From a virus (Duplodnaviria > Caudoviricetes): DNA of 64,000 nucleotides. The notes under the pieces were generated by a model. That model worked only from the letters and a program-made list of their open reading frames with translations. It made no database searches and was not told the origin of the DNA. The DNA lies in IMG/VR virus record IMGVR_UViG_3300020069_000003, positions 13,481-77,480 of that record. The stretch is one strand, 5' to 3'. The translations under genes and the position numbers were made by a program. Shown one piece after another: positions 19,682 through 28,875 of the stretch (positions are counted from its first letter, which is position 1; every line of letters begins with the position of its first letter).

Positions 19682-19999
19682 TTAGTCCTCCAGCGACGCC
19701 AGCAGGGCCTCGTACTTGGCCTCGGCGTCCTGCCGGGCCCGGCGCTCCTGCTCCAGCGCCACCTCGAACATGGCGTTCTCGTGGACCATCATCGCGATCA
19801 GGCGGGCGTTCTTGTTCTGCACCGCCTGCGCGAGCAGCTGCGGGTCGATCTGGATCTCGTCCCGGTCGACCGTCACGGCCCCGTTGGCGGACGCGCCCTC
19901 GCCCGGACCGGGGTCGGTGCCGTTGACGGCCTCGGCCACGGCCTGCGCGGCCAGCTCCTCAGCAGTCGGCTTGTGGTGGGCGCTCACGGGCTTGCTCAT
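19682..19999 (-). CDS. Hypothetical coiled-coil protein
   Basis: MSKPVSAHHK...; ATGA coupling to the upstream glycosyltransferase. Confidence 0.6.
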   Translation of the reverse strand: MSKPVSAHHKPTAEELAAQAVAEAVNGTDPGPGEGASANGAVTVDRDEIQIDPQLLAQAVQNKNARLIAMMVHENAMFEVALEQERRARQDAEAKYEALLASLED

Positions 20000-20856
20000 G
20001 TCAGGTCCTTCGCGATCTTGCGGTAGCGGTCCAGGATGTTGGTTGCCCGCACGGCCCGGCCCTGCGGGTAGAACGTGTAGTGCGAGACCAGGGCGTCCCC
20101 CACGATCACGTTGTCTTTGCCGATCAGCGGCGGCCGGTGCACCGTGATCCAGTGCTCCTCCTCCGGGTAGTCCAGCACCCCCGGTTCTGGCAGATCGCAG
20201 AAGTCCTGCCCGTCGATCACGTGGCACGACACGCTGAACTGCTGCTTCGGTGCCAGCGGGAAGTTCTGGTAGAAGAACGCCTTCTCGGGCTCGCCGTCGT
20301 CCAGCCACCCCAGCAGCAGGTTGTGGATCTTGACGGCAAAACCGCCGTCTCCCCACCCGACCGGGTCCATGCAGAACGGGGACTGCACCACCCCGTACTC
20401 CAGCGGGATCTTGTCCAGCTTCTGGGCGTACCAGGAGGTGATGGCGTTGTTCCACATCAGCGCGAAGCAGGCCAGGGTGCCGGGCAGGTTGACCTTGGCG
20501 TTGCACAGATTCGACACCGCGTCCTCGTGCACGTACACGATGTCGTCGTCGAACCGGAAGAACAGCGCGTCCGGGTCGGCCATGTACCGGTAGGCGTAGC
20601 CGGTGTTGCGCTGCTTGGGCTGCAGCCGGGGCAGGTGGACCGGCCGCTCGATCAGGCGGACCCAGTCCTTGTGGCGCCGCGCCAGCCGGTAGGCATAGGC
20701 CAGGTCCGACCCTTGGCTGTCGTCGGTGTTTAGGTACAGCCAGTACTCGTCGACCAGCCCGCGCTCGTGTTCCCGCCGCAGGTAGTCGAACAGGATGCTG
20801 ACGGTGGATTCACGCCCGTAGGGCGTCCACGCAACCACTTTCTTACCCGCGATCAC
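19996..20856 (-). CDS. Glycosyltransferase, GT-A fold
   Basis: WTPYGR N-terminus; FRFDDDIVYVH DxD motif. Confidence 0.75.
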   Translation of the reverse strand: MIAGKKVVAWTPYGRESTVSILFDYLRREHERGLVDEYWLYLNTDDSQGSDLAYAYRLARRHKDWVRLIERPVHLPRLQPKQRNTGYAYRYMADPDALFFRFDDDIVYVHEDAVSNLCNAKVNLPGTLACFALMWNNAITSWYAQKLDKIPLEYGVVQSPFCMDPVGWGDGGFAVKIHNLLLGWLDDGEPEKAFFYQNFPLAPKQQFSVSCHVIDGQDFCDLPEPGVLDYPEEEHWITVHRPPLIGKDNVIVGDALVSHYTFYPQGRAVRATNILDRYRKIAKDLT

Positions 20857-21884
20857 TTGCGGCCTCCGAACAGCAGCGGCTCCCAGTAGGTGGCGGCGAG
20901 CCTCTCGACGGTGAACTTCTGGGCGACCTCGCGCGCGGCCCGGCCCATGGACTCGCGCAGTTCGGGGTTGTTGATCAGCTCCCGGACCGGGGTTTCCCAG
21001 TCGCCGCCGGGCGGAATCAGGAAGCCGGTCTCACCTTCAACCACGAACTGGCGGTAGGGGGTGGTGTCGGAGGCGACGATCGGGATGCCGAGAAACGCGG
21101 CCTCCAGCGCCTTGGTGGCTACCTTCGCCTCGTTGTACTCGGTCCGGCGGTACGGCGCCAGCCAGATGTCGAAGTCGATGGTATCCAGGTACTTGTCGGT
21201 ACCCGGCACCCAGCCGGTGATCCGGGTGCCGGGCTGGGCGATACCGAGCTTCCGGGCGTGGTCGTACGGTACGCCGACGGTGTGCGCCCGGCCTCCCCAG
21301 TCGCCGACCGATGCCAGCACCCGTCTGACGTCTCCGGACAGCTCCCACTGGGTGAAGGCGGACCCGGCCCAGCCCACTACCGGCCGGTGTATCGCCGCAC
21401 CGACCCCGAGCTTATCCAGGCGTTCCCACGGCGCCTCGTACGCCAGGTACCGCTCAGGCAGGCCGTTCGGCACCATCACCACGTTGTTGCAGTAGATGTC
21501 GAAGATCTCGGCCAACCGCCAAGAGGCGCAGGTGGTGAAGGTGGCCGACGCGGCGTTGGCCAGCAGCCGCGCCTGCACCTGGGACTTGCTGTACTCGGTC
21601 GCCGCCGGTCCGAACTCCGGGTGCTGGTACATGTGGAAGTAGTCGTCGTCCGCGTCGAACACGGTGGTCTTCGAGTGCTCGAAGTTCCACCGGGCCCAGG
21701 AGGTGGTGGGTCCGGGCAGCGACAGCCGCTGGACCATGACCGCGTCTGCGTCCAGGTACTCGCCCTGGAACTCGATCCCCTGTCCGATGTCGTGGCCCCG
21801 GGCGCGCAGGGCCTCGGCGACGATGACGGTGCGGTACCAGCCGCACCCGCCCTCGTCGGCCGACCACAGCCACGCCTTACCCAC
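20853..21884 (-). CDS. Glycosyltransferase, GT-B (GT4-like)
   Basis: DEGGCGWYR, VFDADDDYF, VGWAGS, YNEAKVATKALEAAFLGIPIVASD and ETGFLI motifs; GTG at 21884. Confidence 0.9.
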   Translation of the reverse strand: MGKAWLWSADEGGCGWYRTVIVAEALRARGHDIGQGIEFQGEYLDADAVMVQRLSLPGPTTSWARWNFEHSKTTVFDADDDYFHMYQHPEFGPAATEYSKSQVQARLLANAASATFTTCASWRLAEIFDIYCNNVVMVPNGLPERYLAYEAPWERLDKLGVGAAIHRPVVGWAGSAFTQWELSGDVRRVLASVGDWGGRAHTVGVPYDHARKLGIAQPGTRITGWVPGTDKYLDTIDFDIWLAPYRRTEYNEAKVATKALEAAFLGIPIVASDTTPYRQFVVEGETGFLIPPGGDWETPVRELINNPELRESMGRAAREVAQKFTVERLAATYWEPLLFGGRK

Positions 21885-22860
21885 GGCGGTCGGACTGGTT
21901 CGCCGCCAGCCATGCCCGGTGGCCCGGCAGCCAGTGCTCGGCGTACCAGGCGACGGTACGCGACAGTCCGGAGTCCAGGGCCTCCAGTTCGGCCGGGTCC
22001 ATGCCGATCTGCCGCATGGTCTCGTTCTTCGCGACGACGCGGGCGCCGGGGGTCTCACCCGGCCGCATCGGCACGTGCTGCAGGTTCGGCTGCGGAACAC
22101 CGGTCGCCAGCGCCATCCCGCGCACCAGGTTCGCGACGTCGTTCACGGTGCGGTGCTCGGTCGGGCCGACCTCGACGATCTCCGGCAGCTCCAGGTGGTT
22201 CTCGGCGGTCCACTCCAGCGTGGACACCAGTGCCTTGGCCACGTCGCCGACGTAGACACAGTCCGAGATCTGCTCGCCGTCGCCGTAGACCTCGATCGGG
22301 GCGCCGGTGAGCGCACGGGCGATGAACGCCGGGACGATCTTGCGGACCTTGCCGGGGCCGTAGGGCCGGGCCATCAGCTGGCGCGGTCCGTAGGCGTTCA
22401 CCACCCGCACCTGGTTGATCTTGGTTCCTCGATCACGGGCGTACATGTGGCCGAGGGACTCAACGCAGGTCTTGGAGGCGGAGTACGGGTTGGACATCCC
22501 GGCGTTCCCGACGCAGATGTTGACCATCGGGATGTTGTACTGGGTGGCCGCCTCCATCACGTTCATGCCGGAGATGACGTTGGTCATGACGGCTGGGCGC
22601 GGGTTGGCCACGGTCTCCTGCGTGCCGAGAACCGAGGCCAGGTGGATGATCCCGTCGACGTGGGCGGCCAGCTCGGTCACGGCGACCTCGTCCCGGCAGT
22701 CCCCCAGCATCACCGGCCAGTAGGCCAGCTGGTTGTCCGCCACGGTGTGCCGCCGGTCGCGGCGGTGGTCGAAGATCACCGGAGTGTGTCCGCGCCGGTG
22801 CAGCTCGTCCACCACGTGCCCGCCGATGAATCCGGCTCCGCCGGTCACCGCTATCTTCAC
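21877..22860 (-). CDS. NAD-dependent nucleotide-sugar epimerase/dehydratase (extended SDR)
   Basis: VTGGAGFIG, HLASVLG, YSASK, NAYGPRQ and VYVGDVA motifs. Confidence 0.95.
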   Translation of the reverse strand: MKIAVTGGAGFIGGHVVDELHRRGHTPVIFDHRRDRRHTVADNQLAYWPVMLGDCRDEVAVTELAAHVDGIIHLASVLGTQETVANPRPAVMTNVISGMNVMEAATQYNIPMVNICVGNAGMSNPYSASKTCVESLGHMYARDRGTKINQVRVVNAYGPRQLMARPYGPGKVRKIVPAFIARALTGAPIEVYGDGEQISDCVYVGDVAKALVSTLEWTAENHLELPEIVEVGPTEHRTVNDVANLVRGMALATGVPQPNLQHVPMRPGETPGARVVAKNETMRQIGMDPAELEALDSGLSRTVAWYAEHWLPGHRAWLAANQSDRRG

Positions 22861-22934
22861 TCTGTGCTCCTGTCGGGGGACGCCGATTCTGTCGCGTCGA
22901 TTAGATCATGGCTCGGTAATGGTACGATACTATC

Positions 22935-23210
22935 ATGGTTGACTTGGTGTTCGAGGACCCCCCGGAGTACTGGCCCGATGCCGACAGCGTGAGAAAGAAC
23001 GCCGGTCGGGAACAGATCGTGGCGGAGCTTGTCCATCACCCTGGCCGGTGGGTGGTCGTCTCCCGCCACGTGTCCCGGCCCCGCGCCTCCCAGGTTGCCC
23101 GTAATCTACGGAGGCAGAATCCGCCCCCGTACGAATTCCGGGCCTCTGCCAACCGTGCGGGGGAGGGGGTGGTGTATGGCCGATACTCGGCTCCTGATGC
23201 TAACATTTGA
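22935..23210 (+). CDS. Hypothetical protein (probably leaderless)
   Basis: TACGAT -10 box 6 nt before the ATG. Confidence 0.55.
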   Translation: MVDLVFEDPPEYWPDADSVRKNAGREQIVAELVHHPGRWVVVSRHVSRPRASQVARNLRRQNPPPYEFRASANRAGEGVVYGRYSAPDANI

Positions 23211-23234
23211 GTCAACGTAGCTGACTAAGGAGCC

Positions 23235-23603
23235 TTGAGTGTCCCTACTCAGTATGATGCTGGGGGTTCGGATCAGATGACGACGTCCGTTGTCTTCCAG
23301 CAAGCCGGGCCCTGGGGTATCGTGGCTCTTGTGGTGGGAGCGGTGGTGTTCGGGTACCTGGTGCCCAGACCCCTGCTGAAGGAGACCCGCCGGATCGCAG
23401 ATATTTGGAAAGAGGCCTACGAGCACGAACGGGAAGGCCGGGTTAAGGCAGAGGAGCAGCGTGACACACTACTGGTCGGGTATGCCAAGACCGCGAATCA
23501 GGTTATCAGCGCCCTTCCTGCCCCGAGCCACGGTTCCCCGCCAGCTGTTACAGGCCAACACTCCGACCCCAAGGGCGAGTCTGATGCGACTGTGGCAGTC
23601 TAG
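23235..23603 (+). CDS. Membrane protein, holin-like
   Basis: One TM segment (WGIVALVVGAVVFGYLVP), then W..AYE.ER coiled coil. Confidence 0.55.
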   Translation: MSVPTQYDAGGSDQMTTSVVFQQAGPWGIVALVVGAVVFGYLVPRPLLKETRRIADIWKEAYEHEREGRVKAEEQRDTLLVGYAKTANQVISALPAPSHGSPPAVTGQHSDPKGESDATVAV

Positions 23604-23889
23604 GAAGACGGCGCAGCTGAAGCGGGAGAGACGGGAGGCTGAGGCCGCCCGGCAGGAGGCTAGTATGCAGAAGGCTCGTGTCCAGGCGCAGAATTCCCGG
23701 GTCAAGGGGATGGTTGCGCAGCTGGCTCGCAACCGGGACGCCGACCAGCTGGCGGGCCGTATACAGACTGCCTTCCAGCACAAGTGGGCGGCAGACGCCA
23801 GCCGTACCGTCGGCAAAGTCAACTCTTTCGCGCAGGAGCTGACTGCGGAGGCCGACAGGAGGCGCGAGGGAGGTCCAGCACATGACTGA
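23584..23889 (+). CDS. Hypothetical protein
   Basis: MRLWQSRKTAQ..., coiled coil; coupled to neighbouring genes. Confidence 0.55.
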   Translation: MRLWQSRKTAQLKRERREAEAARQEASMQKARVQAQNSRVKGMVAQLARNRDADQLAGRIQTAFQHKWAADASRTVGKVNSFAQELTAEADRRREGGPAHD

Positions 23890-24280
23890 GTCCGACAACT
23901 TGGCAACCGTGGGCAGCCAGCTGGCGCAGGAGGTGCGGGGTCTGTCCCAGCGGCTTCGCCTGTTGAAGCGTCTGACGATAGGCTTGGCGATCAGCTTCGC
24001 GATCGACCTCACCATCACCGCGATCTTGGCTACCGTGGTGAACGACCAGCGGAACACCGACCGCCGCCTGCAACAGGCACTGTCTCAGAACTACACCACC
24101 TCCCAGCAGCAGCAGCAGTTGCGGACCGAGAACCTGTGTCCGCTGTACCAGCTGCTGATCGGGCTGGCAGACGATCCGGTACGCCCTCCGAATCAGACTG
24201 CTGAGCAGCTGGCGAACACGGCGAAGGCCTCCGCCGCCCTGCACAAGCAGTACGCCCGGCTGAGGTGTTCGAGTCCCTGA
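23882..24280 (+). CDS. Membrane protein (lysis-cassette type)
   Basis: TM segment LTIGLAISFAIDLTITAILATVV; two Cys residues in the C-terminal part. Confidence 0.6.
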   Translation: MTESDNLATVGSQLAQEVRGLSQRLRLLKRLTIGLAISFAIDLTITAILATVVNDQRNTDRRLQQALSQNYTTSQQQQQLRTENLCPLYQLLIGLADDPVRPPNQTAEQLANTAKASAALHKQYARLRCSSP

Positions 24281-24323
24281 CCCGGTATAGCCAGGGTGTC
24301 AATCCTTGTGCTACCATACAGGT

Positions 24324-24605
24324 ATGGACAGCCCCACTGAAACACCCGTGAGCAACGCCTCATTCGGCAAAGCTATCGGCGTGCACTTCACGACGGCTTC
24401 CCGCTATCGCAATGGGGAGCGGGTGCCGTCCATCGACGTGGCACGCAAGATCGTCCAGGCGTACGACCTGGACCTGAACGAGATGACCGAGGCGATGGCC
24501 GGTGGCCGGGAGACGTTCGGCCACTACATCCGCATGCACGTCTTCGGTCCCGAACCCGCCGTCGATCTCAACGAGGACGGCACCGAGAGAAAGGCAGCCG
24601 CATGA
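24324..24605 (+). CDS. XRE-family HTH transcriptional regulator
   Basis: NASFGKAIGVHFTTASRYRNGERVPS; leaderless (TACCAT, then 6 nt, then ATG). Confidence 0.85.
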   Translation: MDSPTETPVSNASFGKAIGVHFTTASRYRNGERVPSIDVARKIVQAYDLDLNEMTEAMAGGRETFGHYIRMHVFGPEPAVDLNEDGTERKAAA

Positions 24606-24919
24606 CCGTCACCCACATCGACCTGCACGAACAGACTCGCCTCGACGTGTCCCGGCGGGCCCTGGAGGCCAGATCGGCGCTGGGTTTCGCCCGTACCCTG
24701 ATGGCCAAGGCCGGGTACCTGCAGACCCGGTTCGACCAGTACCAGCACCCGGACCGCAAGACCATGGTGGAGACCGGGTACACCTACGGTGAGACCCGGC
24801 TGGTGGTCCACATCAGCCGTGGGGGGTCTTTCGAGCAACCGCCGGTCGACGTCCGTCTGGTCGGCGGCGAGTCTCAGAATCGGCTGCTGAAGGCGTTCGA
24901 GAACCTGATCCACGTCTGA
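24602..24919 (+). CDS. Hypothetical protein
   Basis: ATGA coupling. Confidence 0.55.
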   Translation: MTVTHIDLHEQTRLDVSRRALEARSALGFARTLMAKAGYLQTRFDQYQHPDRKTMVETGYTYGETRLVVHISRGGSFEQPPVDVRLVGGESQNRLLKAFENLIHV

Positions 24920-24954
24920 TCCGGGCGGGGGTGGTGTAGCGGGTTTCGCACTAC

Positions 24955-24983
24955 TTGACAACGGGTCAATAGTAGGATAGACT
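24955..24983 (+). promoter_or_regulatory. Sigma70/HrdB-type promoter with a palindromic operator
   Basis: TTGACA-N17-TAGACT; TTGAC-N5-GTCAA overlaps it. Confidence 0.8.
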
Positions 24984-25024
24984 GGTCCCCACAAGCCAGG
25001 AACACGAAGCTGGGGGTTCAGGAA

Positions 25025-25645
25025 ATGCCGAAGCTCGAGATCCGCAACTGCAACCCGCTGTTCGCTCTGAACAGCTCCGACGCCGAGAAGATCGCGGCCG
25101 AGACCGTGCGGCGCCACTCGCACCCGCAGCAGGCGGCCGAGGCCACCGACAAGGCCCGCAACTTCGCCTTGTCGCTGCTGGGCAGCCGCGAGCACAGCCT
25201 GTCCGAGGCGCCAATCGTGTCGGCGCTGCAGTCCGGGTCGTACGTCTCGGCCCGCGACTGCAGCCGCCTGATCGACTCGCTGAAGCCGCTGCCGTACAAG
25301 GCTCGCCCGGCGGTGTCCGCCCCCAAGACCACCAAGGTCGGCGACGGGTTCTATCTGCTGCCCGACCCGGACGGCGAGTTCTCCTCCTATGTGAAGGTGC
25401 AGGAGGCCCGCAACGGCAGCGGTCGGCTGTACGCCAAGCGCTGGGACGGCGAGCACTGGCAGTACGAGCCGGGCCTGGTCTACAAGATCACCCCCGAGAT
25501 GACGCTGACCGCCGAGCAGGCGAAGGCGTGGGGCAAGCTGTACGGAAACTGCATCTACTGCAGCCGCGACCTGACCGACGACCGCAGCATCACCGCCGGT
25601 TACGGCCCCATCTGCGCCGAGAAGCGCGGACTGCCCTGGGGCTGA
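25025..25645 (+). CDS. DUF6011-domain (zinc ribbon) protein
   Basis: CIYCSRDLTDDRSITAGYGPICAEK. Confidence 0.85.
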   Translation: MPKLEIRNCNPLFALNSSDAEKIAAETVRRHSHPQQAAEATDKARNFALSLLGSREHSLSEAPIVSALQSGSYVSARDCSRLIDSLKPLPYKARPAVSAPKTTKVGDGFYLLPDPDGEFSSYVKVQEARNGSGRLYAKRWDGEHWQYEPGLVYKITPEMTLTAEQAKAWGKLYGNCIYCSRDLTDDRSITAGYGPICAEKRGLPWG

Positions 25646-25688
25646 GCACAGACCGCCGGGCCCGGACTGCAGACGGGCCCGGCTCCAC

Positions 25689-25821
25689 GGACCAGAAATC
25701 GGATGCGTCAAGCCCGTTCAAACCGGGCGTCCCCTCGGACGGGGTGTGGGGTTCGATTCCCCTTGATGTCGGCACAAAAAGGGCGGCGGCCCGCGCGCAG
25801 GTTCGAGTCCTGCCTGGTCCA
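25689..25821 (+). ncRNA. tRNA-like RNA with three T-arm-like hairpins
   Basis: GGACCAG/CTGGTCC acceptor-like stem enclosing GCCCG-TTCAAAC-CGGGC, GGGG-TTCGATT-CCCC and GCAGG-TTCGAGT-CCTGC. Confidence 0.5.
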
Positions 25822-25864
25822 CTCGATATGCAAACAACGTATATACAAACGGAAGGCGTAGACG

Positions 25865-26637
25865 TGAGCGACGAGAAGATGACCGACCCGGGGGACCCGT
25901 ACGGCTGGATCGCGGCGGTGGAGCGCCACCCGGACCCGCAGGAGTGGTCGCACGCCGACCCCGAGGGCACGAACGGACCGAACGGAGAGCCCGCCCCGGC
26001 CACGGTCGAGAACACCCAGGGCGAGCAGGTCCCGGTGTCCAGCGGACCGTACGTGGCGGTGACCCCGTCGAACTCGCTGTCCCCCACGGACGTGTTCCAC
26101 GACGCGGTGGCCACGGTGCTTCCGAACGGCACGCTGCTGGTGACGCTGCCCGGCCGTACCGTTCCGCTGAAGGGGTACGCCCCCGGCTCCTGGCTGACTT
26201 TCGAGCACGTCGGTGCCGACTACTTCCGCAAGCCCGTCCGCTACACCCCGCCCACCCCTGCCGAGCGCAAGAACGAGATTCTGCGCGAGGACGCGCGCCG
26301 CAGGCAGGACCGGCCTACCGTCCCTTCGGAGATGCTGGACCTGCACGGTTACTCCACCGACGACGTCCTGACCCACCCGCAACGCCGCCAGCCGCCGACG
26401 CTGGAGCAGGACGCCGACGAGGACACCGCCGACGTGAAGTCGTTCGAGCAGATCGCGGATGAGAGGGCGGGGGTGGTGCAGGGCCCAAAAGCCCGTGGCG
26501 TCCGACCGGACGCGGGGTACGACGGGCACCCGGACCGACCCGCTACCGGCGCCCCCGGCGAGACCGAGGAGAAAACCCCCGGTCGACTCCGGTCGCTGTG
26601 GCAGTCGCTGATGAGCCCGGACTGGTCCGAGGACTGA
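25865..26637 (+). CDS. Hypothetical protein
   Basis: GGAAGG RBS before GTG near 25865; start uncertain. Confidence 0.55.
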
Positions 26638-26754
26638 CCGCCGCGTTCCGACCGAAGTACGGACCGACCTCCTACACCCCCACCAAGCTCTACCCCCGCA
26701 CCACTGTCATACCTACCCGATAGGATACGCACCACCGACTGAAAGGCATCAGAG

Positions 26755-27465
26755 ATGAACGCCGTCAAAGAGCACCGGCCCGTGGAGTCCTTCGAGCTGA
26801 ACGGTAAGTGGTGCGCTCCGTGCGCCTGCGGCGAGAAGTTCACCGCCCCCTCCCCCAGCGGGGCGTACGTCAAGTGCCAGAAGCACGTGAAGAAGTACGA
26901 GTCGACAACCGACCAGACCCCCACCACCTCCGCCCCGGCACGCGCCAAGATCTGCGGCTGCGGCTGCGGCGAGGCGCTGGCGGTGCGGGCGGGCGGGCTG
27001 TTCCGGTCCGGCCACGACGCCCGGTTCAAGTCGATCCTGACCCAGGCGCACGCGTCCGGCGACCCGGTCCGCCACCCCATGACCGGCGAGCCGGGTGAGG
27101 CGATCGAGATCGCAAGCTGGCTGGACGAGCGTCGCGGTGGCGGCAGCTTCTGGCGCGACAAGGTGCTGGCCGGTCACCGCCCCCAGCCGGAGCGGCGGGC
27201 GCCCCGGGCGGCGGCCGTCCAGGACAGCCAGGCCCGCACCCAGGCCAGCATCGCCCGAGTGGATGCGATCATGCAGTTCCAGGCCACCCGCCGCCCCGCG
27301 TCCGGGGACGTCGGGGTGGTGAATCTCCGATCGGGTCGGTTCGGGGCCCAGGTCCTGCGCAGGCAGGGCAACGAGAACCTGCAGATCCGCCTGTTGGAGG
27401 GTTCCGCGCGTGGACAGGAGATCGTGGTCGCGGACACCAAGTTCACGAAGTCGGGGAAGAAGTAA
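26755..27465 (+). CDS. Zinc-binding hypothetical protein (F.xGHDA family)
   Basis: CACG...HVKK and CGCGCGE...FRSGHDARFKS. Confidence 0.7.
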   Translation: MNAVKEHRPVESFELNGKWCAPCACGEKFTAPSPSGAYVKCQKHVKKYESTTDQTPTTSAPARAKICGCGCGEALAVRAGGLFRSGHDARFKSILTQAHASGDPVRHPMTGEPGEAIEIASWLDERRGGGSFWRDKVLAGHRPQPERRAPRAAAVQDSQARTQASIARVDAIMQFQATRRPASGDVGVVNLRSGRFGAQVLRRQGNENLQIRLLEGSARGQEIVVADTKFTKSGKK

Positions 27466-27489
27466 CCGAGCGAGAGGCTAGGGAAACGC

Positions 27490-28371
27490 GTGGCAACAGC
27501 AGGCAAGATCACGGTGTCGTGGAGTGAAGTCGACGCCTACCGCCAGTGCCCCCACAAGCACGACCTGACGTACAAACAGCGGTGGGTGGGCAAGACCACC
27601 AGCAAGTCCCTGTCCATCGGGTCGCTGTACCACAAGGTGATGGAGGGACACTATCGGTCGCTGATGGAGCGGCCCGGAGACCTGATCTCGGCCCGGCTGG
27701 CGGCCGAGCAGTGGCTGACCGAGTGGTCGGCCGACTGGGGCGGTGAGGACAACGAGTTCGCCGAGCTGGTCTGGTGGATGTACGACGGGTACGTGCAGAA
27801 GTGGGGTTCGGACGAGGATTGGGACATCCGGGGGGTGGAGCAGAAGCTGGAGGTCCCGATTCTGACCGCCCAGGGACGTCCCAGCCGGTTCAACCTGAAG
27901 ATGCAGATCGACCTGATCGTGCGCATCCGGTCGATGAAGAACAAGCTGGCGATCGTGGACCACAAGTCCGGGGCCGAGCTGCCCAAGCGCAAGAACCTGG
28001 ACATGGCCGACCAGTTCGCACTCTACATCTGGGGCATGCGCCAGCTGAAGCATCCGGTGTTCATGGGCATCTGGAACGCTGCCCGAACCAGGCGGCTCAA
28101 GACCAAGGAGTCGCCGCTGGACGAGCGCTTCTCCCGCGAGCCGCTGGCCCGCACCGACCACGAGCTGGATGTGATCGTGCGGGAGGCCTACGACACCTTC
28201 CGCAAGGCCTACGCCGCCAAGGCGGTCGCCGAGCGGCATCCGGACGCCGACACCTGCACCTGGAAGTGCGGGTTCCTGGACGCCTGTCTACTCGGTCGCA
28301 AGACCGACGCCGGGCGCGAGCGTCAGTTCCTGCTGGACACCGGCTACATCCAAGACGACACCCGCCACTGA
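27490..28371 (+). CDS. PD-(D/E)xK exonuclease (RecB/Cas4-like)
   Basis: YRQCPHK, IDLIV, IVDHKS and C-terminal CTWKCGFLDAC. Confidence 0.9.
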   Translation: MATAGKITVSWSEVDAYRQCPHKHDLTYKQRWVGKTTSKSLSIGSLYHKVMEGHYRSLMERPGDLISARLAAEQWLTEWSADWGGEDNEFAELVWWMYDGYVQKWGSDEDWDIRGVEQKLEVPILTAQGRPSRFNLKMQIDLIVRIRSMKNKLAIVDHKSGAELPKRKNLDMADQFALYIWGMRQLKHPVFMGIWNAARTRRLKTKESPLDERFSREPLARTDHELDVIVREAYDTFRKAYAAKAVAERHPDADTCTWKCGFLDACLLGRKTDAGRERQFLLDTGYIQDDTRH

Positions 28372-28380
28372 GGGGACACC

Positions 28381-28566
28381 GTGATCTACGTGCGACACAG
28401 GCACCACGTCTACGCGTGGCAGCTGCCGTTCATCGGTCTGTGGTACATCCTGGCCGGGTGCGCGTGGATCACGGTGTGGAGCGCGGTGTGGTGCTACGAG
28501 GTGTATGTCGGGGCTACCTACCGGGCGTACAAGACCACGCGCGGCCTGTTCGGCTGGCCCAGATAG
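28381..28566 (+). CDS. Small membrane protein
   Basis: Hydrophobic 61-aa ORF. Confidence 0.5.
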   Translation: MIYVRHRHHVYAWQLPFIGLWYILAGCAWITVWSAVWCYEVYVGATYRAYKTTRGLFGWPR

Positions 28567-28671
28567 ACAGGCTGCCCGGCGGTGTGGGACGATAGCCGGG
28601 CGGTGCAGTACCCACCGTGTTCCCAGAGGGCAGCCCGTCTGCGGGGTCCACTGTCAGGGACAGGTCGGGGT

Positions 28672-28812
28672 GGTGGCAGATGGACTGTGGAGCTGAATCC
28701 CTCCGCAGTTCTGAGTACAGGCGGCTTTCCGCCGGTGTCGGTTCTAGGTTCATCTCCCGACGCCGGTGTCTTTCCCGTCGCTAAGCCGGTTGGATTCCGG
28801 CTGCCACCCCGG
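28672..28812 (+). ncRNA. Structured RNA with an acceptor-like stem and T-arm
   Basis: GGTGGCA/TGCCACC stem; GCCGG-TTGGATT-CCGGC arm; three internal hairpins. Confidence 0.4.
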
Positions 28813-28875
28813 CCGCACAAAGCAGACAGAAGAGAATAAAACAGAAACCAACATCAACCAACAAGAGAGAACAGA

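Noticed and set aside
27490-28371. Cas4 of a CRISPR system
   Set aside because: It sits with the AAA and SSB genes in a standard phage recombination module and there is no array.
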